A DNA stretch of 64,000 nucleotides, taken from the NCBI GenBank assembly GCA_027923505.1, contig BROI01000001.1, positions 62,001 through 126,000 of the forward strand, read 5' to 3'. The DNA comes from Mayamaea pseudoterrestris (taxonomy: Eukaryota). Each line of letters begins with the position of its first letter. Within the stretch, counting starts at the first letter, position 1. A program made the translations under genes and the position numbers. Positions 22,301 to 37,300 of this stretch are shown here, one piece after another. The notes below the pieces were generated by a model. That model saw nothing but the letters and a program-made list of their open reading frames with translations, made no database searches and was not told the origin of the DNA.

Positions 22301-25300
22301 GGTGGTGAGTATGTGTAATCAATACCAATCTTGGCAAATGTAGGACTTGTTGTTGGTGTTTTATTAGGTGACGATGCAGGTGTAGACGGAGGTAAAAATT
22401 CTGGAGCACCACCCACACTGCTTGATGCACAAATGGATGTAACAACAATGTTATCCATTCCAATCACACCCTTCACACCCAAGGTCAACCTCCCTGTTGT
22501 TAGCCATGATGATGGAATAATGAGAGTAATGTGACTCGAGGAATCTTCTTTATTGATGAATGTAGCTCTAATATCCGCAAAATAACCTGAAACAGTCTTA
22601 GGTGTGGAGCTGAGCAAGTGTCCAATATCTGGGTATGAATCTTGTATGCGTAGGTAGACATCCTCTGTAGCCCGCAAATGGTACAAGTCAAAGCTGACAC
22701 TCATTGCAGTTGCACCAGATGGTACACTGTAGGTCTTAGCCATTTCATCAGCCTTTGGGGCAATGTATGTTGTTAAGGTCTTGTCCGCCACAGCGCTTGC
22801 AAAAAACCAACTTGTTAGGTCAACATTTGTCTCGAAGTTTTCTTCCGCAACAATCAAGTTGTCGTCGGAGTTGCATGTAAGTGGGAGTGGGAGCTTAGCA
22901 CATGCCGCAGTTACCTCACATGGAACTGAAATAGCATAACTGATGGTATTCTCCCCAGAATTAAAGAGCTGGCAGAGATTTGACATGACTGCACTCTCAC
23001 CCATGAACATCGCATCCTGCACAAAGATGGTGATGTCTGCTACACCATTTTGGCAGAGGGCTGTATAAAGGCCAACTTCACCTGGGGCAACATAGGACTT
23101 GTCATTGCAAGTCTTTGTACCATCCGTGTATGTATACTCTGTTCCAAGGAGACAAACTGGAGTGTTGGACCATGTCTGTGAAACAGAAAATGAAACTGTC
23201 TCACTGTCTTGAGATATTATGGTGATTGGACCATATTCAAACTCATGCAATGGCGAGCTTGGCGTGATTGTGATACATTCTGGTGTTAAGTTTGGCATGG
23301 AAGTTGGAGGCACAGTTGGAATGGTTACTGGTGCGACTGTTGGTCCATCAGTTGGAGCCGTCGTGTATCCACAGATAGCTGTAATGACAAGGTTGTCAAT
23401 TCCAAACGATCCCTTGAACCCTAGCGTCAAGCGGCCAGTGGTAAACCAAGATGATGGTATGACAAGTGTGACCTGGTTCATCGAGTTTCCCTGGCTAATG
23501 ACTGTTGTGCGAATGTTGGCAAAATATCCCGACTTATCGTCTTCTGAAGTCATAGAAAATTTGCCAAGGTCTGGGTATGAATCTTGAATGCGCAGGTAAA
23601 TGTTCTCGGAGTCAGCTAGTTCATAAAGGTCAAAGGTGACACTCAAAGCTGATGCCTCAGATGGAACACTAAAGGTCTTAGATGTTTCCACATCTTCCGG
23701 TACAAGGAAAGCTGTAAGTGCCTTATCAGGCATCTGATCAGCATAGAACCATGAGTCAATAGAATCCTGAGTTTCAAAATTTTCTTTGACGATGATCATG
23801 TCACTGTCATTTTCACATGTATTAACGGGAGGAAGTTCACCACAAACATAAGAAGGAAGGCAAGGAATCACGATTGTATAGCTGATGGTGTTTTCTCCAG
23901 ACTCAAATAGCTCGCAAAGACCAGGAACCACAGACTTGGCTCCAGCAAAAACTGCATCTTGAACATAAACTGATATCTCTGCCATGCCATTATAGCACAC
24001 AGCTTTGTAGGACCCAACTTCACCTGGTGCAACGTTGTCCTTGTCATCACAAATCTTTTCACCATCATCTGAAAATGTGTACTCAGTTGCAAGGAGACAA
24101 ACTGGATTGTTTGACCAAGTTTGTGCAACACTGAAGGACACAGATTCTCCATCCTGTGCAAGGATCTGAATTGGGCCATAGTCAAACTCAACTGAAGACG
24201 AACCTGGCATGAAAGTAATGCACTCTGTATCAGGAATTGTGACTTTCTGGGTAGTCAGTAAAGGCTCTGGAGTGGGGGGAGAGCTAGGAGAGCTACTTGG
24301 AGAAATGCTGGGTGACGCACTAGGACCCATGCTTGGACCTGAGCTTGGCTCAATGCTTGGTGACTCACTTGGTGAGTAACTAGGAGACTCACTTGGGCTA
24401 GCACTTGGAAATGTGCTAGGATACTGACTGGGTGAAGAACTTGGTGATCCACTGGGGGTAGTGCTAGGACTAGTACTCGGTGATCCACTTGGTGAACTGC
24501 TTGGTGACGTACTAGGCGCACTGCTGGGTGAGGCGCTAGGTGATCCACTGGGTGAAGAGCTTGGTGATCCACTGGGTGTAGCACTGGGTGATGCACTGGG
24601 TGTAGCACTGGGTGATGCACTGGGTGACTCACTTGGTGTGGCACTGGGTGACTTGCTTGGGGAAGCACTGGGTGATTCACTTGGTGATGCACTGGGTGTT
24701 TCACTTGGAGATGCACTGGGTGACGCACTGGGCGATCCACTTGGTGATGCACTGGGCGATTCACTGGGGGATGCACTGGGAGAAATACTGGGCGTAGCAC
24801 TTGGTCCAGAGCTTGGTTCCAGACTAGGTGGTGAACTTGGACCACCACTGGGGGAAGAACTTGGTGTTGCACTTGGACTGGAGCTTGGGGAGATGCTGGG
24901 TGATGCGCTTGGTCCAGAGCTGGGGGAGTTACTGGGACTAGCACTAGGTGACGCACTGGGACCAGTGCTTGGTGATGCACTTGGACTTACACTTGGTGAG
25001 GCACTTGGACTGGCGCTTGGAGATGCACTGGGTGTTTCACTTGGACTAGCACTTGGTGAAGAACTAGGTGTTGCACTGGGGGTGGTGCTTGGGCTAGTAC
25101 TTGGTAAGCTGCTGGGGGAAGCACTCGGCGAGGAGCTTGGTGATCCACTTGGTGGACTGCTTGGTGACGTACTAGGCGCACTGCTGGGTGAGGCGCTAGG
25201 TGATCCACTGGGTGAAGAGCTTGGTGATCCACTGGGTGTAGCACTGGGTGATGCACTGGGTGACTCACTTGGTGTGGCACTAGGAGACTCACTGGGTGAT

Positions 25301-28300
25301 GCACTGGGTGACTTGCTTGGGGAAGCACTGGGTGATTCACTTGGTGATGCACTGGGTGTTTCACTTGGAGATGCACTGGGTGATGCACTGGGTGACGCAC
25401 TGGGTGACGCACTGGGCGATCCACTTGGTGATGCACTGGGCGATTCACTGGGGGATGCACTGGGAGAAATACTGGGCGTAGCACTTGGTCCAGAGCTTGG
25501 TTCCAGACTAGGTGGTGAACTTGGACCACCACTGGGGGAAGAACTTGGTGTTGCACTTGGAGTGGAGCTTGGGGAGATGCTGGGTGATGCGCTTGGTCCA
25601 GAGCTGGGGGAGTTACTGGGACTAGCACTAGGTGACCCACTGGGACCAGTGCTTGGTGATGCACTTGGACTTACACTTGGTGAGGCACTGGGACTGGTGC
25701 TTGGAGATGCACTGGGTGTTTCACTTGGACCAGCACTTGGTGAAGAACTGGGTGTTGCACTGGGGGTGGTGCTTGGGCTAGTACTTGGTAAGCTGCTGGG
25801 GGAAGCACTTGGCGAGGAGCTTGGTGATCCACTTGGTGGACTGCTTGGTGACGTACTTGGCGCACTGCTGGGTGAGGCGCTAGGTGATCCACTGGGTGAA
25901 GAGCTTGGTGATCCACTGGGTGTAGCACTAGGTGATGCACTGGGTGACTCACTTGGTGTGGCACTAGGAGACTCACTAGGTGATGCACTGGGTGACTTGC
26001 TTGGGGAAGCACTGGGTGATTCACTTGGTGATGCACTGGGTGTTTCACTTGGAGATGCACTGGGTGACGCACTGGGTGATTCACTTGGTGATGCACTAGG
26101 CGACTCACTGGGGGATGCACTGGGAGAAATACTGGGCGAAGCACTTGGTCCAGAGCTTGGTTCCAGACTAGGTGGTGAACTTGGACCACCACTGGGGGAA
26201 GAACTTGGTGTTGCACTTGGACTGGAGCTTGGGGAGATGCTGGGTGATGCGCTTGGTCCAGAGCTGGGGGAGTTACTGGGACTAGCACTAGGTGACGCAC
26301 TGGGACCAGTGCTTGGTGATGCACTTGGACTTACACTTGGTGAGGCACTGGGACTGGCGCTTGGAGATGCACTGGGTGTTTCACTTGGACTAGCACTTGG
26401 TGAAGAACTGGGTGTTGCACTGGGGGTGGTGCTTGGGCTAGTACTTGGTAAGCTGCTGGGGGAAGCACTTGGCGAGGAGCTTGGTGATCCACTTGGTGGA
26501 CTGCTTGGTGACGTACTAGGTGCACTGCTGGGTGAGGCGCTAGGTGATCCACTGGGTGAAGAGCTTGGTGATCCACTGGGTGTAGCACTGGGTGATGCAC
26601 TGGGTGACTCACTTGGTGTGGCACTAGGAGACTCACTAGGTAATGCACTGGGTGACTTGCTTGGGGAAGCACTGGGTGATTCACTTGGTGATGCACTGGG
26701 TGTTTCGCTGGGTGACGCACTGGGTGATTCACTTGGTGATGCACTCGGCGACTCACTGGGGGATGCACTGGGAGAAATACTGGGCGAAGCACTTGGTCCA
26801 GAGCTTGGTTCCAGACTAGGTGGTGAACTTGGACCACCACTGGGGGAAGAACTTGGTGTTGCACTTGGACTGGAGCTTGGGGAGATGCTGGGTGATGCGC
26901 TTGGTCCAGAGCTGGGGGAGTTACTGGGACTAGCACTAGGTGTTGCACTGGGACCAGTGCTGGGCGATGCACTTGGACTAACACTTGGTGAGGCACTGGG
27001 ACTGGCGCTTGGAGATGCACTGGGTGTTTCACTTGGACTAGCACTTGGTGAAGAACTGGGTGTTGCACTGGGGGTGGTGCTTGGGCTAGTACTTGGTAAG
27101 CTGCTGGGGGAAGCACTTGGCGAGGAGCTTGGTGATCCACTCGGTGGACTGCTTGGTGACGTACTAGGCGCACTGCTTGGTGAGGCGCTAGGTGATCCAC
27201 TGGGTGAAGAGCTTGGTGATCCACTGGGTGTAGCACTGGGTGATGCACTGGGTGACTCACTTGGTGTGGCACTAGGAGACTCACTAGGTGATGCACTGGG
27301 TGACTTGCTTGGGGAAGCACTGGGTGATTCACTTGGTGATGCACTGGGTGTTTCACTTGGAGATGCACTGGGTGATGCACTGGGTGACGCACTGGGTGAT
27401 TCACTTGGTGTTGCACTCGGCGACTCACTGGGGGATGCACTGGGAGAAATACTGGGCGAAGCACTTGGTCCAGAGCTTGGTTCCAGACTAGGTGGTGAAC
27501 TTGGACCACCACTGGGGGAAGAACTTGGTGTTGCACTTGGACTGGAGCTTGGGGAGATGCTGGGTGATGCGCTTGGTCCAGAGCTGGGGGAGTTACTGGG
27601 ACTAGCACTAGGTGACGCACTGGGACCAGTGCTGGGCGATGCACTTGGACTAACACTTGGTGAGGCACTGGGACTGGCGCTTGGAGATGCACTGGGTGTT
27701 TCACTTGGACTAGCACTTGGTGAAGAACTGGGTGTTTCACTGGGGGTGGTGCTTGGGCTAGTACTTGGTAAGCTGCTGGGGGAAGCACTTGGCGAGGAGC
27801 TTGGTGATCCACTTGGTGGACTGCTTGGTGACGTACTAGGCGCACTGCTGGGTGAGGCGCTAGGTGATCCACTGGGTGAAGAGCTTGGTGATCCACTGGG
27901 TGTAGCACTGGGTGATGCACTGGGTGACTCACTTGGTGTGGCACTAGGAGACTCACTAGGTGATGCACTGGGTGACTTGCTTGGGGAAGCACTGGGTGAT
28001 TCACTTGGTGATGCACTGGGTGTTTCACTTGGAGATGCACTGGGAGATGCACTGGGTGACGCACTGGGTGATTCACTTGGTGATGCACTCGGCGACTCAC
28101 TGGGGGATGCACTGGGAGAAATACTGGGCGAAGTACTTGGTCCAGAGCTTGGTTCCAGACTAGGTGGTGAACTTGGACCACCACTGGGGGAAGAACTTGG
28201 TGTTGCACTTGGACTGGAGCTTGGGGAGATGCTGGGTGATGCGCTTGGTCCAGAGCTGGGGGAGTTACTGGGACTAGCACTAGGTGACGCACTGGGACCA

Positions 28301-31300
28301 GTGCTGGGCGATGCACTTGGACTAACACTTGGTGAGGCACTGGGACTGGCGCTTGGAGATGCACTGGGTGTTTCACTTGGACTAGCACTTGGTGAAGAAC
28401 TGGGTGTTGCACTGGGGGTGGTGCTTGGGCTAGTACTTGGTAAGCTGCTGGGGGAAGCACTTGGCGAGGAGCTTGGTGATCCACTTGGTGGACTGCTTGG
28501 TGACGTACTAGGCGCACTGCTGGGTGAGGCGCTAGGTGATCCACTTGGTGAAGAGCTTGGTGATCCACTGGGTGTAGCACTGGGTGATGCACTGGGTGAC
28601 TCACTTGGTGTGGCACTAGGAGACTCACTAGGTGATGCACTGGGTGACTTGCTTGGGGAAGCACTGGGTGATTCACTTGGTGATGCACTGGGTGTTTCAC
28701 TTGGAGATGCACTGGGTGATGCACTGGGTGACGCACTGGGTGATTCACTTGGTGATGCACTCGGCGACTCACTGGGGGATGCACTGGGAGAAATACTGGG
28801 CGAAGCACTTGGTCCAGAGCTTGGTTCCAGACTAGGTGGTGAACTTGGACCACCACTGGGGGAAGAACTTGGTGTTGCACTTGGACTGGAGCTTGGGGAG
28901 ATGCTGGGTGATGCGCTTGGTCCAGAGCTGGGGGAGTTACTGGGACTAGCACTAGGTGTTGCACTGGGACCAGTGCTTGGTGATGCACTTGGACTTACAC
29001 TTGGTGAGGCACTGGGACTGGCGCTTGGAGATGCACTGGGTGTTTCACTTGGACTAGCACTTGGTGAAGAACTGGGTGTTTCACTGGGGGTGGTGCTTGG
29101 GCTAGTACTTGGTAAGCTGCTGGGGGAAGCACTTGGCGAGGAGCTTGGTGATCCACTTGGTGGACTGCTTGGTGACGTACTAGGCGCACTGCTGGGTGAG
29201 GCGCTAGGTGATCCACTGGGTGAAGAGCTTGGTGATCCACTGGGTGTAGCACTGGGTGATGCACTGGGTGACTCACTTGGTGTGGCACTAGGAGACTCAC
29301 TAGGTGATGCACTGGGTGACTTGCTTGGGGAAGCACTGGGTGATTCACTTGGTGATGCACTGGGTGTTTCACTTGGAGATGCACTGGGTGATGCACTGGG
29401 TGACGCACTGGGTGATTCACTTGGTGATGCACTCGGCGACTCACTGGGGGATGCACTGGGAGAAATACTGGGCGAAGCACTTGGTCCAGAGCTTGGTTCC
29501 AGACTAGGTGGTGAACTTGGACCACCACTGGGGGAAGAACTTGGTGTTGCACTTGGACTGGAGCTTGGGGAGATGCTGGGTGATGCGCTTGGTCCAGAGC
29601 TGGGGGAGTTACTGGGACTAGCACTAGGTGTTGCACTGGGACCAGTGCTTGGTGATGCACTTGGACTTACACTTGGTGAGGCACTGGGACTGGCGCTTGG
29701 AGATGCACTGGGTGTTTCACTTGGAGTAGCACTTGGTGAAGAACTGGGTGTTTCACTGGGGGTGGTGCTTGGGCTAGTACTTGGTAAGCTGCTGGGGGAA
29801 GCACTTGGCGAGGAGCTTGGTGATCCACTTGGTGGACTGCTTGGTGACGTACTAGGCGCACTGCTGGGTGAGGCGCTAGGTGATCCACTGGGTGAAGAGC
29901 TTGGTGATCCACTGGGTGTACCACTGGGTGATGCACTGGGTGACTCACTTGGTGTGGCACTAGGAGACTCACTAGGTGATGCACTGGGTGACTTGCTTGG
30001 GGAAGCACTGGGTGATTCACTTGGTGATGCACTGGGTGTTTCACTTGGAGATGCACTGGGTGATGCACTGGGTGACGCACTGGGTGATTCACTTGGTGAT
30101 GCACTCGGCGACTCACTGGGGGATGCACTGGGAGAAATACTGGGCGAAGCACTTGGTCCAGAGCTTGGTTCCAGACTAGGTGGTGAACTTGGACCACCAC
30201 TGGGGGAAGAACTTGGTGTTGCACTTGGACTGGAGCTTGGGGAGATGCTGGGTGATGCGCTTGGTCCAGAGCTGGGGGAGTTACTGGGACTAGCACTAGG
30301 TGTTGCACTGGGACCAGTGCTCGGTGATGCACTTGGACTTACACTTGGTGAGGCACTGGGACTGGCGCTTGGAGATGCACTGGGTGTTTCACTTGGACTA
30401 GCACTTGGTGAAGAACTGGGTGTTGCACTGGGGGTGGTGCTTGGGCTAGTACTTGGTAAGCTGCTGGGGGAAGCACTTGGCGAGGAGCTTGGTGATCCAC
30501 TTGGTGGACTGCTTGGTGACGTACTAGGCGCCCTGCTGGGTGAGGCGCTAGGTGATTCACTGGGTGAAGAACTTGGTGATCCACTGGGTGTAGCACTGGG
30601 TGATGCACTGGGTGACTCACTTGGTGTGGCACTAGGAGACTCACTGGGTGATGCACTGGGTGACTTGCTTGGGGAAGCACTGGGTGATTCACTTGGTGAT
30701 GCACTGGGTGTTTCACTTGGAGATGCACTGGGTGATGCACTGGGTGACGCACTGGGCGATCCACTTGGTAATGCACTAGGCGACTCACTGGGGGTAGCAC
30801 TTGGTCCAGAGCTTGGTTCCAGACTAGGTGGTGAACTTGGACCACCACTAGGGGAAGAACTTGGTGTTGCACTTGGACTGGAGCTTGGGGAGATGCTGGG
30901 TGATGTGCTTGGCCCAGAGCTGGGGGAGTTACTGGGACTAGCACTAGGTGATGCACTGGGACCAGTGCTCGGTGATGCACTTGGACTAACACTTGGTGAG
31001 GCACTGGGACTGGCGCTTGGAGGTGCACTGGGTGTTTCACTGGGACTAGCACTTGGTGAAGAACTGGGTGTTGCACTTGGGGTGGTGCTTGGGCTAGTAC
31101 TTGGTAAGCTGCTGGGGGAAGCACTTGGTGAGGAGCTTGGTGATCCACTTGGTGAACTGCTTGGTGACATACTAGGCGCACTGCTGGGTGAGGCGCTAGG
31201 TGATCCACTGGGTGAAGAGCTTGGTGATCCACTGGGTGTAGCACTGGGTGATGCACTGGGTGACTCACTTGGTGTGGCACTAGGAGACTCACTGGGTGAT

Positions 31301-34300
31301 GCACTGGGTGACTTGCTTGGGGAAGCACTAGGAAGTGCACTTGGTTGACTGCTTGGTGCAGCACTGGGAGATTTACTTGGTGATGAACTTGGTGATGCAC
31401 TGGGTTCTGCGCAAATGGCTGTGATGCTAAAATTGTCAACACCATAGGATTCAAAACCAATTGTTAATCGCCCATCACTTTGAAACCATCCATTTGGAAT
31501 GATAAGGCCCACCTTGTTTTGAGTCTCAGACAAGCTAATTACTGAGACCCAAATATCACCTAAATAACCTTCTTGGGTCGCCTCAGTAGAACTTATATTG
31601 AATGACCCCAAGTCAAGGTAAGCATGTTGTTGTAAGCGGACCAAAGCTGAACTTGTATCTTCTAGCTCATAAAGGTCAAATGTAATGCTCAATGCAGCAG
31701 CATCACTAGGAACTTCAAATGATTTGGAAGTAACAGAAGGCAATCCATCAGTTGAAGGTATAGGGGTCAAAAATTTGCCATTTATAGCATCTTCACTGGT
31801 GTCACCATAGGTCCAGCTAGTGGCCTCACCATCCTCAAAGTCATATGAAAAAAGGGCCATGTCATCTTCAGCATCTGCACATTCTAGCTTGCTGAATGGT
31901 GGAGCAAAACTCAATCCTGAAGGCGTTGGCATATGAGCACATCGTTCATCTTCAAGGACACATGGAACAGTAAAGTCGTATCTGATAGTGTAATCTCCCG
32001 ACACAAGTGGTGTACATCTTGAAGGGATGTTCTTAACAACATCTGAGCTGCTAAACCTGCCATCCTGGACATAGATAGTAAAGGTTGCCATCCCATTGAC
32101 ACATTTGGCAACATATTTTCCGTATTCGCCTGGTGCAACATTTGATTTTGTATCACAGGTTTGCACACCATTAGATGCAGATGTGTAATCTGTTGAGACA
32201 AGACAAATAGGGCCTTGGGACCAAGTCTGTGATATTCCAACAGTAACAGTGGTCTTGTCTTGATACAAAATTTTTGTTGGAAGAAAGTCAAATTCTTCAC
32301 TTGGGTTGCTAGATGTGAACACAATATCTGGAATGCAGTCAAAAGTAGGGGATGAACTTGGTTCCAGACTAGGTGGTGAGCTTGGACCACCACTGGGGGA
32401 AGAACTTGGCGGCGCACTTGGAGTGGAGCTTGGGGAGATGCTGGGTGATGCGCTTGGTCCAGAGCTGGGGGAGTTACTGGGACTAGCACTAGGTGATGCA
32501 CTGGGGCCAGTGCTTGGTGATACACTTGGACTTACACTTGGTGAGGCACTGGGACTGGCGCTTGGAGATGCACTGGGTGTTTCACTTGGACTAGCACTTG
32601 GTGAAGCACTGGGTGTTGCACTGGGGGTGGTGCTTGGGCTAGTACTTGGTAAGCTACTGGGGGAATCACTTGGCGAGGAGCTTGGTGATCCACTTGGTGG
32701 ACTGCTTGGTGATGTGCTAGGTGATCCACTGGGTGAAGAGCTTGGTGAAGCACTGGGTGATGCACTGGGTGACTCACTTGGTGTGGCACTAGGATACTCA
32801 CTAGGAGATGCACTGGGTGAGTTGCTTGGCAAAGCACTGGGTCTTTCACTTGGCAATGCACTGGGTGATGCACTTGGAGACGCACTGGGTGATTCACTTG
32901 GTGAAGCACTGGGCGATTCACTGGGGGATGCACTGGGAGAAATACTGGGCGTAGCACTTGGTCCAGAGCTTGGTTCCAGACTAGGTGGTGAGCTTGGACC
33001 TCCACTGGGTGCAGAGCTTGGTGGTGCACTTGGACTAGAGCTTGGGGAGATACTGGGTGATGCGCTTGGTCCAGAGCTGGGGGAGTTACTGGGACTAGCA
33101 CTAGGTGACCCACTGGGAACAGTGCTTGGTGATGCACTTGGACTAACACTTGGTGAGGCACTGGGACTGGCGCTTGGAGATGCACTGGGTGTTTCACTTG
33201 GACTAGCACTTGGTGAAGAACTGGGTGTTGCACTGGGGGTGGTGCTTGGGCTAGTACTTGGTAAGCTGCTGGGGGAAGCACTTGGCGAGGAGCTTGGTGA
33301 TCCACTTGGTGGACTGCTTGGTGACGTACTAGGCGCACTGCTGGGTGAGGCGCTAGGTGATCTACTGGGTGAAGAGCTTGGTGATCCACTGGGTGTAGCA
33401 CTGGGTGATGCACTGGGATTGCTGCTAGGTGAGCCACTTGGTAAAAAGCTGGGGCTGTTGCTTGGACTAGAACTGGGAGTCTGGCTTGGAGTTCCACTAG
33501 GAATAGTACTGGGGACTGCACTTGGTGTTCCGGTGGGCTGACCACTGGGTGTAGTACTCGGAGAGGAGCTTGGTGCTGCACTAGGTTCTGCACAAATGGC
33601 TGTGATGCTAAAATTGTCAATGCCTACATTGGAATCAAATCCGACTGTCAGCCTTCCGCGTGCTGAAAACCACTCATCGGGAATGATCAATGTCACCTTG
33701 TTAACAGTTTGACTTGTACTGACTATGGAGACCCACACATTTCCAAAATAGCCTTCAACAGAAGCCTCGGCAAGTGATGGGCTGAACACTCCTAGATCCA
33801 AGTAAGCATGCTGAATGCGAACCAACGTTGTGCTTGTATCTTGCAGCTCATAAAGATCGAAAGATACAGTCAATGCTGCAGCATCCATAGGAACAACAAA
33901 GGATTTGCTCATGGAATTGTCAGCTGGGGTCAGGAACTTGCCAAATTCAACATTTTCTGATATCAGCCCATATTGCCATGCAGATAAGGCTTCATTATTT
34001 TCAAAGTCGTCAGTTACAAGATGCATGTCAGCTTCTGATTCTTCACAAAGTGGGCTGACAGGAGGAGCACATCTATCATCTTCAACAAGACATGGGATGA
34101 CAAATTCATATGACACAATTTCACCACCCTTGACCAGAGGCGCGCATTGCAAAGGAATGTTCTCCACAACATCACTGCCTCCAAATATGCCATCTTGCAC
34201 AAACACTGTCATAGAAGCCTTTCCGTCCACACAAACAACATCATACTTCGCAAATTCTCCAGCTGGGACATTATCCCTTGTATCACAGGTCTCTTGGCCA

Positions 34301-37300
34301 TCCACTGTGGAAACATAGTTTGTGGCTAGTAGACAAATGGCATTACTAGACCAAGTCTGTGACAAAGTCACAGCAACTGATTCAGTGTCTTGTGAAATGA
34401 TTTCAATTGGGAGAAAGTCAAATTCCTTAGGGCTGCTGGAAGAGAATGTAATGTCAGGAATACAGTCATATGTAGGAGATGAGCTTGGTTCAAGACTAGG
34501 TGGGGAACTGGGACCTCCACTGGGTGCAAGGCTTGGTGAACCACTGGGAACTGCACTGGGTGCAATGCTTGGTGATGCACTTGGCCCACTGCTTGGGCTA
34601 GCACTTGGTGATGAGCTTGGTGTGGCACTGGGCAAGGCACTTGGTCCCCCACTGGGAGCACTACTGGGTGATGCACTAGGCAGTACACTGGGAGCTGAGC
34701 TGGGTTGAGCACTTGGTGCGGTGCTTGGTGATGCACTGGGCCCAGAGCTTGGCACTGCACTGGGAGACAGGCTTGGTGAACTACTAGGAGATCCACTTGG
34801 TGAGCTGCTTGGCTCCAAACTTGGTGTGGAGCTAGGTGGGCTGCTTGGAGTGGCACTGGGCAAGCTGCTAGGGGCTCCACTTGGACCAGCGCTTGGCTGT
34901 GAGCTTGGCTGGGCACTAGGAGCACTGCTGGGTGTGCTGCTTGGGAGGGAACTGGGTGTTGCACTTGGCAAAGAGCTTGGGATGCTGCTTGGCAGGGCAC
35001 TGGGACTACTGCTTGGGATTCCACTTGGAGATGCACTTGGACCACCACTTGGGGAAGCACTAGGTGAACTGCTGGGTTCTTCACTAGGGGAGATGCTTGG
35101 TGACACACTTGGGCCAGAGCTTGGCTCAAGACTAGGTGGGGAACTGGGACCTCCACTGGGTGCAAGGCTTGGTGAACCACTGGGAACTGCACTAGGCGCA
35201 ATGCTTGGTGATGCACTTGGTCCACTGCTTGGGCTAGCACTTGGTGATGAGCTCGGTGTGGCACTGGGCAAGGCACTTGGTCCCCCACTGGGAGCACTAC
35301 TGGGTGATGCACTAGGCAGTACACTGGGAGCTGAGCTGGGTTGAGCACTTGGTGCGGTGCTTGGTGATGCACTGGGTCCAGAGCTTGGCACTGCACTGGG
35401 AGACAGGCTCGGTGAACTACTAGGTGATCCACTTGGTGAGCTGCTTGGCTCTAAACTTGGTGCAGAGCTAGGTGGGCTGCTTGGAGTGGCACTGGGCAAG
35501 CTGCTAGGGGCTCCACTCGGACCAGCGCTTGGCTTTGAGCTTGGCTGGGTACTAGGAGCACTGCTGGGTGTGCTGCTTGGGAGGGAACTGGGTGTTGCAC
35601 TTGGCAAAGAGCTTGGGATGCTGCTTGGCAGGGCGCTGGGACTACTGCTTGGGATTCCACTTGGAGATGCACTTGGACCACCACTTGGGGAAGCACTAGG
35701 TGAACTGCTGGGTTCTGCACTAGGGGAGATGCTTGGTGACACACTTGGGCCAGAGCTTGGCTCAAGACTAGGTGGGGAACTGGGACCTCCACTGGGTGCA
35801 AGGCTTGGTGAACCACTGGGAACTGCACTGGGCGCAATGCTTGGTGATGCACTTGGTCCACTGCTTGGGCTAGCACTTGGTGATGAGCTTGGTGTGGCAC
35901 TGGGCAAGGCGCTTGGTCCCCCACTGGGAGCACTACTGGGTGATGCACTAGGCAGTACACTGGGAGCTGAGCTGGGTTGAGCACTTGGTGCGGTGCTTGG
36001 TGATGCACTGGGTCCAGAGCTTGGCACTGCACTGGGAGACAGGCTTGGTGAACTAGTGGGTGATCCACTTGGTGAGCTGCTAGGCTCCAAACTTGGTGCG
36101 GAGCTAGGTGGGCTGCTTGGAGTGGCACTGGGCAAGCTGCTAGGGGCTCCACTCGGACCAGCGCTTGGCTGTGAGCTTGGCTGGGTACTAGGAGCACTGC
36201 TGGGTGTGCTGCTTGGGAGGGAACTGGGTGTTGCACTTGGCAAAGAGCTTGGGATGCTGCTTGGCAGGGCACTGGGACTACTGCTTGGGATTCCACTTGG
36301 AGATGCACTTGGACCACCACTGGGGGAAGCACTAGGTGAACTGCTAGGTTCTGCACTAGGGGAGATGCTTGGTGACACACTTGGGCCAGAGCTTGGCTCA
36401 AGACTAGGTGGGGAACTAGGACCTCCACTGGGTGCAAGGCTTGGTGAACCGCTGGGAACTGCACTGGGTGCAATGCTTGGTGATGCACTTGGTCCACTGC
36501 TTGGGCCAGCACTTGGTGATGAGCTTGGTGTGGCACTGGGCAAGGCACTTGGTCCACCACTGGGAGCACTACTGGGTGATGCACTAGGTAGTACACTGGG
36601 AGCTGAGCTGGGTTGAGCACTTGGTGCTGTGCTTGGAGATGCACTGGGTCCAGAGCTTGGCACTGCACTGGGAGAGAGGCTTGGTGAACTACTAGGTGAT
36701 CCACTTGGTGAGCTGCTTGGCTCCAAACTTGGTGCAGAGCTAGGTGGGCTGCTTGGAGTGGCACTGGGCAAGCTGCTAGGGGCTCCACTCGGACCAGCGC
36801 TTGGCTGTGAGCTTGGCTGGGTACTAGGAGCACTGCTGGGTGTGCTGCTTGGGAGGGAACTGGGTGTTGCACTTGGCAAAGAGCTTGGGATGCTGCTTGG
36901 CAGGGCACTGGGACTACTGCTTGGGATTCCACTTGGAGATGCGCTTGGACCACCACTGGGGGAAGCACTAGGTGAACTGCTGGGTTCTGCACTAGGGGAG
37001 ATGCTTGGTGACACACTTGGGCCAGAGCTTGGCTCAAGACTAGGTGGGGAACTGGGACCTCCACTGGGTGCAAGGCTTGGTGAACCACTGGGAACTGCAC
37101 TAGGCGCAATGCTTGGTGATGCACTTGGTCCACTGCTTGGGCTAGCACTTGGTGATGAGCTCGGTGTGGCACTGGGCAAGGCACTTGGTCCCCCACTGGG
37201 AGCACTACTGGGTGATGCACTAGGCAGTACACTGGGAGCTGAGCTGGGTTGAGCACTTGGTGCGGTGCTTGGTGATGCACTGGGTCCAGAGCTTGGCACT

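Noticed and set aside
24461..31348. 2,295-aa + strand ORF (LGDALG...) and the 207-aa and 98-118-aa + strand ORF series up to 46.9 kb
   Set aside because: These are antisense shadows of the PS/PT codon repeats (CCA/CCC AGT read as CTT/CTG GG). They stop where the arrays end and contain no non-repetitive domain.
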